A stretch of 64,000 nt of DNA, taken from positions 29,446 to 93,445 of the forward strand of contig CALFAY010000048.1 of the NCBI GenBank assembly GCA_937944855.1, read 5' to 3'. The stretch's first letter is position 1; each line of letters opens with the position of its first letter. The translations under genes and the position numbers were made by a program. Source of the stretch: an uncultured Planctomycetota bacterium (GTDB lineage Bacteria > Planctomycetota > Planctomycetia > Gemmatales > HRBIN36). A model generated the notes under the pieces. That model saw only the letters and a list, made by a program, of their open reading frames with translations. It searched no databases and was not told the DNA's origin. This document shows, piece after piece, positions 7,821-16,539 of the stretch.

Positions 7821-10800
7821 ATCCGCTACGCTTCGCCAGCGCCGCTCATGACGGCGAGGTGCTTCACAAACTGCCGCCTCGATCCGGGGACATTGAGATT
7901 GCTGCGGAATCTTTGACGAAACTATTGGGACTTTTTCGCAACATCAAAGCGAATCTGGGATTGAAGACCAATCCAGATGCCATCCGGTTGCGACATTATG
8001 ATCCGGGAGACATCATTTGCTCGCGAGGTGAACCGGGCAACAGTGCCTTCTACCTTCTGCCCGCCGAAGACTTGGCCGCTCTCATCGCCTACCTCTCTCA
8101 GCACAAGCCGGGCCAACAGTCCGATAACGGGCACGACCACAGCCAATCGGTACTGACAACGCTGGAGCGGGTTCGTCAGGCTTCCGAAAACCGCAAACGA
8201 CTTGCCGCAGAAGCCCAGCGACTTTATGCGGAATTGGAGTCGCTGGAATCCGCGTTGGCCGAGAGCGGCGACACTCAGCGAGCCGCACTTTACGCCCGCT
8301 GTCGCCTGATAGGGCCGATCACGAAGCTGGTCAAGGCCGAACTGCTCCGGGATCAAGAACCGCAATTAGCCGCTCTTCTCGGCCGACTGGCTGAAGTCGA
8401 GGAGCAGCGGCGAGTGGCGGTGGCGCGCGTTCCGACGGCCCCCCTGGCGGTCCGTCGTCGCCGGTCGTTTTGGCAACGCCTTCTGGGCGGTTGGATCGCT
8501 TCCGATGCCGAATCCGAACCGGCTCCCCTGTCGATTCCCAACGACGGCCCGGCGGAAATTGATTACGACAGCGGAGAAGCCTCGCTCTACGAAGACGAAG
8601 TTTTAGGCGAGATGGCGTGCATCGACCGGCAGCCACGCACAGCCACCGTCGAAGTGGTCAAGGAATGTTTCGTCCTCGAAATGCTGCGTCCAATTCTCGA
8701 CAACATGCGGAAGGACCCTGCCTACCGCAAGAAACTGGACGACAAGTACCGGGAACGGGTTCTGGAATTGCACCTGCGTGCTTTGCCTCTGTTCAAAGAC
8801 CTCGACGCCTCTCTCATCGCCCGGGTGCGTCGGGAAGCCGACCTGGAGCCTTACGAGGCTGGTACGCTCATCTGCGACCAGTATGAGCGCTCCGACGCCT
8901 TGTACCTGATTCGCAGCGGCACCGTCAAGGTGATGCAAAACGTCTCCGCACTAGTGAGTCAGGCCGACGTGTCCGACTGGAATGCCGTGCGGTGCTTGAA
9001 CCCGGATTGCGATGGTCCGTTCCTCTTGGCTCGGCAGCGGCTGTGGGAACGGTTACCATCCGACCTGGTGGAATCAGTTCGGAGTGCGGTGCCACTGGAC
9101 GCCAAGACTCGTCAGCAGGTGCTCGACGCAGTTAACGACCTGATCCGCGATCCGCTGCTGCTCCGCGATCCGGCCGTTCGTTCGGCATGTGAAACGGCAG
9201 ATGTCCACGGCCAAACGTGGCGTCAGCTCGTCAAGGCAGAGTACGCGAAACCTGAAACCTTAGCCGGCCTGAACCGGGTGCTTCTGGCCGCCGCTCTGCT
9301 TGGCAAACCGCCAACTTGGCGGCTGACTCCTGCTCAGCCATCTCCGATCCTTCCTCCACCACTTGGGCCAGGAGACATCACGGATTGGAAGACGCTGGTC
9401 GGCGATCTGGAGCCATCCACTCGCAAAGCGGACCATCCAGCGACCGCGGCAGCACGCTGGCTCTGGGAACAGTTGCCGGTTGAGGTGCAAAACCGGATTC
9501 GCCTGGCGAAGACGGGCCAGAGTGTCAACCCGGAAGACGCGGCCAGGATCGTCGATGCACTCAATGCCATAGCTGAGAAGTCCTTCCTACTCCTGGAGCC
9601 GGAGTTTCAAGACCTCATCGGCAGCGATGTCAACCTGCAAGCCCTGCTCATGCTGCTGCGGCACGATGGCCAGAAATGGACCGACCATGCCTGGAGGCGA
9701 TTCAGCCGCCTTCGCAATCGACTCCTCCTGCACGCCCTGTATCCGGGGTGGTTGGGAGCGGAATACCGATCGCCAGGACAACCCCTGGTCCTCGCCTATC
9801 GGGGCCGGGGGGATTTCATCGGAGAAATCGGTCTGATGCTCGATGAGCCGCGCAGCGCGACCTGTGTCGCCTACAACCATCCGGACAACGATCCGAATCG
9901 GGAAGTCGGCCCCGTACAAATCGTTCGCATCAGCAAGGAGCTTTTTGAGACCCTGCGGGACAAATCGCCAACCTTTCGCCGCAGGATCGAAGAAACTGTC
10001 CAGGAGCGGTTGGCAAACACTCGCCGGAGTCAGAGGGAAGCCGCTCGGGCTGCCCGGCAGCGGACGACGCCTCTGGACGCAGTCGCCGAGCAACTCGGCA
10101 TCTCGCAAGGCCAACGGCTCATGCTTATCGACCTCGACCGTTGCGTTCGTTGCGACGAATGCGTCCGGGCCTGCGTAGCCGCTCACGACGACGGCGTCAG
10201 TCGGTTATTCCTGGACGGCCCCCGCTTTCAGCAGCAGGTCGGCGAGAGCATTCGCACTTTCCTGGCTCCGACGACTTGTCGTTCCTGCGTCGATCCAGTG
10301 TGCATGATTCCCTGTCCGGTCGGTTCCATCGTCCGCGGCGACCAAGGGCAGATCCTCATTCGCGATTGGTGCATCGGCTGCGAGAAGTGCGCCAAGAATT
10401 GCCCCTACGGAGCGATTCAGATGCACCCGGCCGGCCTCATTCCGGCTCGCTCTTCCGCTTGGCGGCTCCTTCCCGCGTGGAAAGTTCCCGCCCAGCAGCT
10501 TGATTGGACAACCGCGGAATACCGAGACCGACACTGGATGCCCATCCAGACTCCGGTTCTGTACGACCGTGAATTCCTCGCCCGGCTTGGCCGCATCCCT
10601 GACGGGCCTAAGCCCGCTGCCGTCTGCTTCCGCCATCAGTTTTCCGTGGACGTCAGCCGACATCTCGGTGCCGAGGCCAAGTTCCGCCTCGTGATCTCGC
10701 CCTTGCGCGCAGGTACGCAATTGTGGATCAACGGAAAGGAAGTCACTGATCTGGAAGCCAAGAAAGGTGAAGGGGTTCGGGAATTGGAACTAGACCGGGG

Positions 10801-11083
10801 CGAGAACCTGACAAGCGAGCCGGGCAAGAAACCGACCAAGGCACTGCGAATCCTCGGACAGGGTCAGAATGCCATCGGCGTTCGCCTGCCCCTGCCCGAA
10901 TTCCTGGGAGGCACGCTCTTCGACCTGAGAATCGTCGTGTTCGAGGGCACGGTCATCGAACTGAAAGCCGTCGTGTGCGATCTGTGCAATCAGCCGCCCG
11001 ACGGCCTGACGGCGTGCGTTCGGGCTTGCCCTCACGAGGCGACCCGCCGCTTCGATGCCCGCAATGGAGTGATCGTCTGGTGA
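7817..11083 (+). CDS. Cyclic-nucleotide-binding-domain protein fused to an NrfC/DmsB-type four-cluster [4Fe-4S] ferredoxin
   Basis: ATGA start/stop overlap with the cytochrome gene. There are two cNMP phosphate-binding-cassette-like motifs (GEMACIDRQPRTATV, GEIGLMLDEPRSATC). There are four Cys clusters: CVRCDECVRAC, CRSCVDPVCMIPCP, CIGCEKCAKNCP and CDLCNQPPDGLTACVRACP. I see no signal or Tat motif. Confidence 0.85.
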   Translation: MNPLRFASAAHDGEVLHKLPPRSGDIEIAAESLTKLLGLFRNIKANLGLKTNPDAIRLRHYDPGDIICSRGEPGNSAFYLLPAEDLAALIAYLSQHKPGQQSDNGHDHSQSVLTTLERVRQASENRKRLAAEAQRLYAELESLESALAESGDTQRAALYARCRLIGPITKLVKAELLRDQEPQLAALLGRLAEVEEQRRVAVARVPTAPLAVRRRRSFWQRLLGGWIASDAESEPAPLSIPNDGPAEIDYDSGEASLYEDEVLGEMACIDRQPRTATVEVVKECFVLEMLRPILDNMRKDPAYRKKLDDKYRERVLELHLRALPLFKDLDASLIARVRREADLEPYEAGTLICDQYERSDALYLIRSGTVKVMQNVSALVSQADVSDWNAVRCLNPDCDGPFLLARQRLWERLPSDLVESVRSAVPLDAKTRQQVLDAVNDLIRDPLLLRDPAVRSACETADVHGQTWRQLVKAEYAKPETLAGLNRVLLAAALLGKPPTWRLTPAQPSPILPPPLGPGDITDWKTLVGDLEPSTRKADHPATAAARWLWEQLPVEVQNRIRLAKTGQSVNPEDAARIVDALNAIAEKSFLLLEPEFQDLIGSDVNLQALLMLLRHDGQKWTDHAWRRFSRLRNRLLLHALYPGWLGAEYRSPGQPLVLAYRGRGDFIGEIGLMLDEPRSATCVAYNHPDNDPNREVGPVQIVRISKELFETLRDKSPTFRRRIEETVQERLANTRRSQREAARAARQRTTPLDAVAEQLGISQGQRLMLIDLDRCVRCDECVRACVAAHDDGVSRLFLDGPRFQQQVGESIRTFLAPTTCRSCVDPVCMIPCPVGSIVRGDQGQILIRDWCIGCEKCAKNCPYGAIQMHPAGLIPARSSAWRLLPAWKVPAQQLDWTTAEYRDRHWMPIQTPVLYDREFLARLGRIPDGPKPAAVCFRHQFSVDVSRHLGAEAKFRLVISPLRAGTQLWINGKEVTDLEAKKGEGVRELELDRGENLTSEPGKKPTKALRILGQGQNAIGVRLPLPEFLGGTLFDLRIVVFEGTVIELKAVVCDLCNQPPDGLTACVRACPHEATRRFDARNGVIVW

Positions 11084-11131
11084 AATGCGGATAATCGGGT
11101 ACCCACTTCCGCCTAGCCACGCCGAAGCCGA

Positions 11132-13762
11132 TCAGTCAGGCAAGTTTTCGTCGGGCACCGGAACGGAGGGATCGCCGGCTTCGATTCGCTTGAGCTGCTC
11201 ACGATAATAGCGGCGCTTGGGTGCCAGTTCGACGCACTTCTTGATCAGGTCCAAGGCTTCGTCCTTGCGACCCAGTTGAAAGCAAACTTCCGCCAGGGTA
11301 TCGAGGTAGGAGACATTGTTTGGGTCAAGCCCTGTGGCGACCTGAGCATGGGCCAGGGCCTTCGACAATTCGCGACGGCAAACGGCACACAGCCAGGCCG
11401 CCGAGTTGTGGTGCGTCGCGCTTTGCGGATAGTCTCGGCAGACCTCCTCCTGAACCTGCAAAGCAGCGTGAAATAAGGCATCCGCTTCGGCCCGGCGTCC
11501 GAGCCGATCCAGGCCCGGCACGATGTCGGTGGCGATGTCGATGGCCCCGGGAGCGGCTGCCAGGGCTTGACGGGCTTCGCGCACGGCATCGTCCGCCTTG
11601 CCCTCTTGGAGATAGGCGAGCGCGCGATGATAGTGGATGATGCGTGGGACCAGGAGATACGACTTCACATCCACCATGCTGATGCTGGGCCGCAGACAAG
11701 ACAGCAGAAAACGCTCGTAATCCGCCGCTGCCTGGAGATGCTCCCGCCAGGCCAGGAAGTCGTTGGCCCGGTGACGAACGGCTTCATCGACGAACCACGA
11801 ATTGAGCTGTCCAATACGCAGAAAAAGTTCCCGCTCCTTTCGGACTGCATCGAACAGTTTGCGTTTCTGCAAAAATTCGACGAGGAATCCGTAGCGGTTG
11901 TCATCGACGGCCAGCGGAGCCAGACTGGCCAGTTGCATCAAGCGTTCGCCTTCTTCCTTGTGACCGGCTTGACTGAGAGCATGGCCCTGGAGATACAGAA
12001 GGCCCGGAGCGTTGCGATCTCTCTTCCAAGCCTCACCGTAGCACTTGGCCGCCTCGCTCCACTGCTGCCGCTCGGCGTGCCAATCCGCCAGGGCGGTCAA
12101 AGTGGTGCTTCCGGGGTGGATGGCCACGGCCCGCCGCAGGCAGTCGAAAGCGCGTGTCTCATCTTTAGATGCCTGGAAAGTTTGGGCCAAGGTCAGGAGC
12201 ATTGAAGCGCGCTCCTCGGCGGGGCGCTGCTGCATCGAGGCTTCCAAGGCGGGAGCCAGAGACGCCACCAGTTCGGCGTCAGGCCTCGGACCGACCAGTC
12301 GGTCGAGCATTTTCAGTAAGTCCACCGGATCATTTGCTGGCGATCGACTCCGCAAGAATCGCCACCAGGTTTGGGCGTCCGATCCGTTGTCCGGGTACAG
12401 GCAGTAGAACAGCCAGGTCAAATTGTGTTCCCGCTCCGACAGACGCAAAATCAAGGCCGCATGGCGACGGCGCAGGTCGAGCAACCCGAGCTTCCCTTCC
12501 GTCTCGAGAAGTGGTTCATAGCGGTTGGCTTGCCGGTTGTCGCTGACGTTGACGAGTTCGCGACCCGTTTCCTCGAACAACCGCAGCGCTTTATCTTTTT
12601 CGCCAAGACGATACAAGGCTTCCGCCTGAGCAACGCGGAGCGGAATCGAAGGGGGCAGCCGGGAGGCCAGCTCGAAGGCTTCCCGATAACGAGTTTGAGC
12701 TACCAGGAGGTTAAATGCCCGGAGAGCGTTCTTGGATTTGCTTAAAAGGGCGATGGCTTCGTCGAACCTGCCGTTAACCAGCAAAGCCTCGACGCTGAAC
12801 CAACGGTCGCCGTCCTCGACCCCGGCGTTAGAGGCGAATCGGCGGATGTCGTCGAGGGCCTTTTCGAACGCGGCCTGATTCCCCGCAAGACGATGGTACG
12901 CGGCACGGAAGCCGAGCGTCTCGATGTCGCCCGAAACCTTGGCCCGTTCGTCGGCCCGCTCCGCCAGCCTCTTCCAGTCACCGCGTTCGTGCAGCAAGGC
13001 TTCAATCAGATATTCATCTCCCACAGCCTCCGCGACCATGAGGGCCTTGGTGAGATCACCCGCTGCCCGGTACAGGTACGTCAATACCGCTGCCGAATGG
13101 CGATCCCCCTGACGCTCCCAGCGCGCTTCGTATTCGCGGATCTTGTCGTCGATGCTTCCTCGAAGGAGCACGAAGGCGGCGAAATTGCGGATAGCTTGTT
13201 CGTTGTCCTCCTGAGCACACAATTCGATCATTTGTTCGGCCAGGCCCAGGTTGCCCTCCTGGATCGTGGCCGGTAGAGCGCGCGGAATCTCAACGGCCAC
13301 CCGGTTCCAGAACCATTCCTTGACAGCGCGATTCCGCTCGGCGGAGGCGATCTTGAGCAGGACTTCATAGCCAAGCGAACCGCGTCGCAGCAGACCTTCG
13401 ATGGCCTGTTCCCGCAGATTCGGATCTCCTGAGCGGTACTGGTCGATGAGACGAACGACCTCCTCCGGCGTGTCGGGGTAGATTCCCCAGCGGAAGCGGT
13501 CGAGGATCTGTTGGGCGCGGCGGACCACCTCGGCATCCGAACTTTGCGCGGCTCGCTCCAGGGCGGTCTCCGCGGCTCGACCGGCCTTCCAAAGCAGCTG
13601 CGAGGCCTGTTCCCGGACCTTGAAGCTGGGATGACCGAGATTGCGGATCGCCCCGGCGATTTCGGCCTCGCTGACCGATTCCGCCTGGCCAACCGCCAAG
13701 CTTTTGGGAAACAGCCCAAGCACGGCCACGCCGATCAACAACAGTCCTGGCAGCATCTTCAT
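11132..13762 (-). CDS. Secreted TPR/HEAT-repeat protein
   Basis: Long ORF. The likely start is ATG 13762 (MKMLPGLLLIGVAVLGLFPKSLAVGQA, a signal peptide) rather than the track start 13873. It has many TPR-like A/L/Y-rich repeats (e.g. 'ALAYLQEGKADDAVREARQALAAAP', 'LAEVCFQLGRKDEALDLIKKCVELAP'). Confidence 0.75.
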   Translation of the reverse strand: MKMLPGLLLIGVAVLGLFPKSLAVGQAESVSEAEIAGAIRNLGHPSFKVREQASQLLWKAGRAAETALERAAQSSDAEVVRRAQQILDRFRWGIYPDTPEEVVRLIDQYRSGDPNLREQAIEGLLRRGSLGYEVLLKIASAERNRAVKEWFWNRVAVEIPRALPATIQEGNLGLAEQMIELCAQEDNEQAIRNFAAFVLLRGSIDDKIREYEARWERQGDRHSAAVLTYLYRAAGDLTKALMVAEAVGDEYLIEALLHERGDWKRLAERADERAKVSGDIETLGFRAAYHRLAGNQAAFEKALDDIRRFASNAGVEDGDRWFSVEALLVNGRFDEAIALLSKSKNALRAFNLLVAQTRYREAFELASRLPPSIPLRVAQAEALYRLGEKDKALRLFEETGRELVNVSDNRQANRYEPLLETEGKLGLLDLRRRHAALILRLSEREHNLTWLFYCLYPDNGSDAQTWWRFLRSRSPANDPVDLLKMLDRLVGPRPDAELVASLAPALEASMQQRPAEERASMLLTLAQTFQASKDETRAFDCLRRAVAIHPGSTTLTALADWHAERQQWSEAAKCYGEAWKRDRNAPGLLYLQGHALSQAGHKEEGERLMQLASLAPLAVDDNRYGFLVEFLQKRKLFDAVRKERELFLRIGQLNSWFVDEAVRHRANDFLAWREHLQAAADYERFLLSCLRPSISMVDVKSYLLVPRIIHYHRALAYLQEGKADDAVREARQALAAAPGAIDIATDIVPGLDRLGRRAEADALFHAALQVQEEVCRDYPQSATHHNSAAWLCAVCRRELSKALAHAQVATGLDPNNVSYLDTLAEVCFQLGRKDEALDLIKKCVELAPKRRYYREQLKRIEAGDPSVPVPDENLPD

Positions 13763-13950
13763 GCCTTGTAGTGTAACCGAGACAAGCGGTTCTTGACACG
13801 CCATTTCCTCCGGACCGAGGCGTCGAGACGGACTATTCAGGCAGCAAGCCCCTACGATATGCTTAGAAGCCATGCCAGAGTCTCCAGCGACTTCCGCTGA
13901 TCGAGAGTCCGGACAAGGGCAACAATGAGCACACGGGAAATCGGGGTGAA

Positions 13951-15123
13951 GTGATGATGGACGCGGCCCAGAAGGATCAGTTGCTCCAAGACGTGGAAAA
14001 CTTCTGTCGGGAGATTCGGCCGATTGACGAGCTGTGCTACGTCGAGCATCGCTTCAACGATCAGGTGTTGCCCTTGGCCCGGAAGTACAATCTCCTGGGA
14101 ATCCCGATCCCCGTGGAGTACGAAGGACGCGGGGCCGACGCCGTCACCTACGCCAAGGCGTTGGTTCGCATCGGTCAGGAGGGCACCGGTGTGCGGACAT
14201 TTTTCTCCGGCCACACCTCCATCGGCGAGGCCCCGATTCTTTACTGGGGAACCCCAGAACAAAAGCGGCGATTCCTGCCGGCCGCCTGCCGTGGCGAGAA
14301 GATCCTGGCGTTCGGCCTCACCGAGCCGGAGGCGGGCAGCAATCCCCTCGAAATGCAGATGACCTACCAGCGGCGTGGAGATCGTTTCATTCTGAACGGC
14401 GTCAAGTACCTGATCTCCAACGGCGGCATCGCTGACGTCATCGTCACCTTCGCCAAGGGACCGAACGGCCGCATCAGTGCTTTTCTCGTGGAAACCGGCG
14501 GTCCAGGGTTCGCCAAGGAAGACCTGCTGGCAAAATGCGGCATGCCGACGTCGAACACGGCGATGTTCGAGTTGACCGACTACGAGGTGCCCGCGGAAAA
14601 TCTTCTCGGCGAAGAAGGCAATGGCTTCCGCATCGCCATGCACACGCTGATCACGGGCCGGCTTAGCGTCGCCGCCGGCTGTCTGGGGGTGATTGTCGAT
14701 TGCCTCAACGAAGCAGTCGCCTACGCCAAGGAGCGACGACAGCACGGCAAGGAGATCGCCCGCCATCAATTGGTTCAGGAACACATTGCCGGCATAGAGA
14801 TGGACCGCGTCACCACGGAAGCTCTGGTCATGCAGGCTGCCGCGGTCAAGGACGCCTCCGACGCCGAGCCTGCCAACGCGCAACTGAAACAGCGGGCCGA
14901 AATCCTGGCCGCCCAGGCCAAGCTCCATGCTTCCAACGCCGCCTGGGACGCTGCTGACCGGGCCGTCCAGGTCTTCGGCGGCCGGGGCTGGTCCACGCTC
15001 TACCGACCGGGCCGCCACCTCATGGATGTCCGCGTGTGCCGCATCTACGAAGGGACCGACGAGATTCTCAAGCTCAAGATCGCTGCCGCCGTTCTGGGCA
15101 AGGAGTATGAAGCCTACCGCTGA
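13951..15123 (+). CDS. Acyl-CoA dehydrogenase
   Basis: 'LAFGLTEPEAGSNP', 'ISNGGIADV' and 'GGRGWS...RVCRIYEGTDEILKLKIA' are characteristic ACAD motifs. GTG start. Confidence 0.9.
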   Translation: MMMDAAQKDQLLQDVENFCREIRPIDELCYVEHRFNDQVLPLARKYNLLGIPIPVEYEGRGADAVTYAKALVRIGQEGTGVRTFFSGHTSIGEAPILYWGTPEQKRRFLPAACRGEKILAFGLTEPEAGSNPLEMQMTYQRRGDRFILNGVKYLISNGGIADVIVTFAKGPNGRISAFLVETGGPGFAKEDLLAKCGMPTSNTAMFELTDYEVPAENLLGEEGNGFRIAMHTLITGRLSVAAGCLGVIVDCLNEAVAYAKERRQHGKEIARHQLVQEHIAGIEMDRVTTEALVMQAAAVKDASDAEPANAQLKQRAEILAAQAKLHASNAAWDAADRAVQVFGGRGWSTLYRPGRHLMDVRVCRIYEGTDEILKLKIAAAVLGKEYEAYR

Positions 15124-15201
15124 GCCGGTCCTGCTTCGACGCCAGATTCCGCACACCGTCCCCTATAAAATCGCCAAGGGTCCCGCGCTGGGAGGGAGGG
15201 C

Positions 15202-16539
15202 ATGATTTACGATATTCCCGTCTCGTGGTTCATCTTCGGCAGCGTCGGTTTCGGTCTAATTGTTCTTGTGCTACTGCTGGTGGTCGGCCGCATCCCCATC
15301 AAGTATAACTTGCGGAGCCTCCTGGTCCGCTGGCGGATTACGCTGGTGACGGCCCTGGCGTTCACGACGGTGGTCGGCCTGTTGACGGTGCTCTTGGCGT
15401 TTGTCAACGGCATGTACGTCTTGACGCAGGGCAGCGGCCATCCGGGGAATGTGCTGGTGCTCTCCGACGGAGCGACGGATGAACTGTTCAGCACCTTGAC
15501 CTACGCCGACCTGGGCGACATCGAACGCCAGCCCGGCGTTTTGACGCTCAAACGCTCGGATGGAACCGAGGAGCCGTTGTGCAGTCGGGAGGTGTACATC
15601 ATCGCCAACCAGCGTTTGCCCAACCAGCCCGGACGGGGCCGCTTCGTGCAGGTCCGCGGCATCGTCGATCCGATCATCTCAGCCGCGGTTCACGATCTGG
15701 AATTGCTCGAGGGTCAGTGGTTTTCCGAGGCCGGCGTCCAGGAACTTCCGCCCGGGCCGGATGGTTCCAGCGAACAGGCGATCCAGTGCGTCATGGGCGA
15801 GGGAGTGGCTGCGGAGCTGGGCAAGGACAAAGGCAAGAAGCGGCTCGAAATCGGCGACACGTTCATCTTGGGGCCGCGGAAATGGGTCGTGGTCGGCATC
15901 ATGAAGTCGGGGGGATCCACCTTCGATTCTGAAATCTGGGGCAAACATCAGATCGTGGGTCCGCTGTTCGGCAAGGATCGGTTCACGTCGCTGGTGCTGC
16001 GGACAGCGGGACCGGAGGAAGCCCGCAGACTCTCGGAGTATTTGACCAAGGACTACAAGAAGGCGGCCTTGTCGGCGCAACCAGAGACGCAGTATTACGC
16101 CAGTTTGCAGACGACCAATCAGCAGTTTCTTTTTGCCATCCTCGTCGTGGCCGCGGTGATGGCGATGGGCGGCATCTTCGGCGTGATGAACACCATGTTC
16201 GCGGCCGTCAGCCAGCGGACCCGGGACATCGGCGTGCTCCGCGTCCTGGGATTCAGCGGCCCCCAGGTACTCGTGTCGTTTTTTCTGGAGGGTCTGTTGA
16301 TCGCGCTGGCGGGCGGGCTGCTGGGGGTGGCCTTCGGCTCGCTCAGCGATGGCTGGCGGGCCAGCAGCATCATTTCCAGCGGACAAGGGGGCGGTGGCAA
16401 AACCATCGTCCTGGAACTGAGCGTGGATAGCCTGGTGGTCGCGGCCGGTTTGTTGTTTACGCTCCTGACCGGCACGCTGGGTGGATTGGTCCCGGCCTGG
16501 ACAGCCATGCGGCTCAAGCCGCTGGATGCACTGCGCTGA
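15202..16539 (+). CDS. FtsX/MacB/LolE-type ABC transporter permease
   Basis: Strong RBS (GGGAGGGAGGGC before the ATG). The layout is one N-terminal TM, a large extracytoplasmic domain and three C-terminal TMs, with 'RDIGVLRVLGFSGPQVLVSFFLEGLLIALAGGLLG'. No adjacent ATPase gene. Confidence 0.8.
   Translation: MIYDIPVSWFIFGSVGFGLIVLVLLLVVGRIPIKYNLRSLLVRWRITLVTALAFTTVVGLLTVLLAFVNGMYVLTQGSGHPGNVLVLSDGATDELFSTLTYADLGDIERQPGVLTLKRSDGTEEPLCSREVYIIANQRLPNQPGRGRFVQVRGIVDPIISAAVHDLELLEGQWFSEAGVQELPPGPDGSSEQAIQCVMGEGVAAELGKDKGKKRLEIGDTFILGPRKWVVVGIMKSGGSTFDSEIWGKHQIVGPLFGKDRFTSLVLRTAGPEEARRLSEYLTKDYKKAALSAQPETQYYASLQTTNQQFLFAILVVAAVMAMGGIFGVMNTMFAAVSQRTRDIGVLRVLGFSGPQVLVSFFLEGLLIALAGGLLGVAFGSLSDGWRASSIISSGQGGGGKTIVLELSVDSLVVAAGLLFTLLTGTLGGLVPAWTAMRLKPLDALR

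Noticed and set aside
13852-15156. A 434-aa minus-strand ORF covering the whole acyl-CoA dehydrogenase gene.
   Set aside because: The plus-strand product has unambiguous ACAD motifs. The antisense translation is low-complexity (G/V/D/A/L-rich) with no family resemblance.
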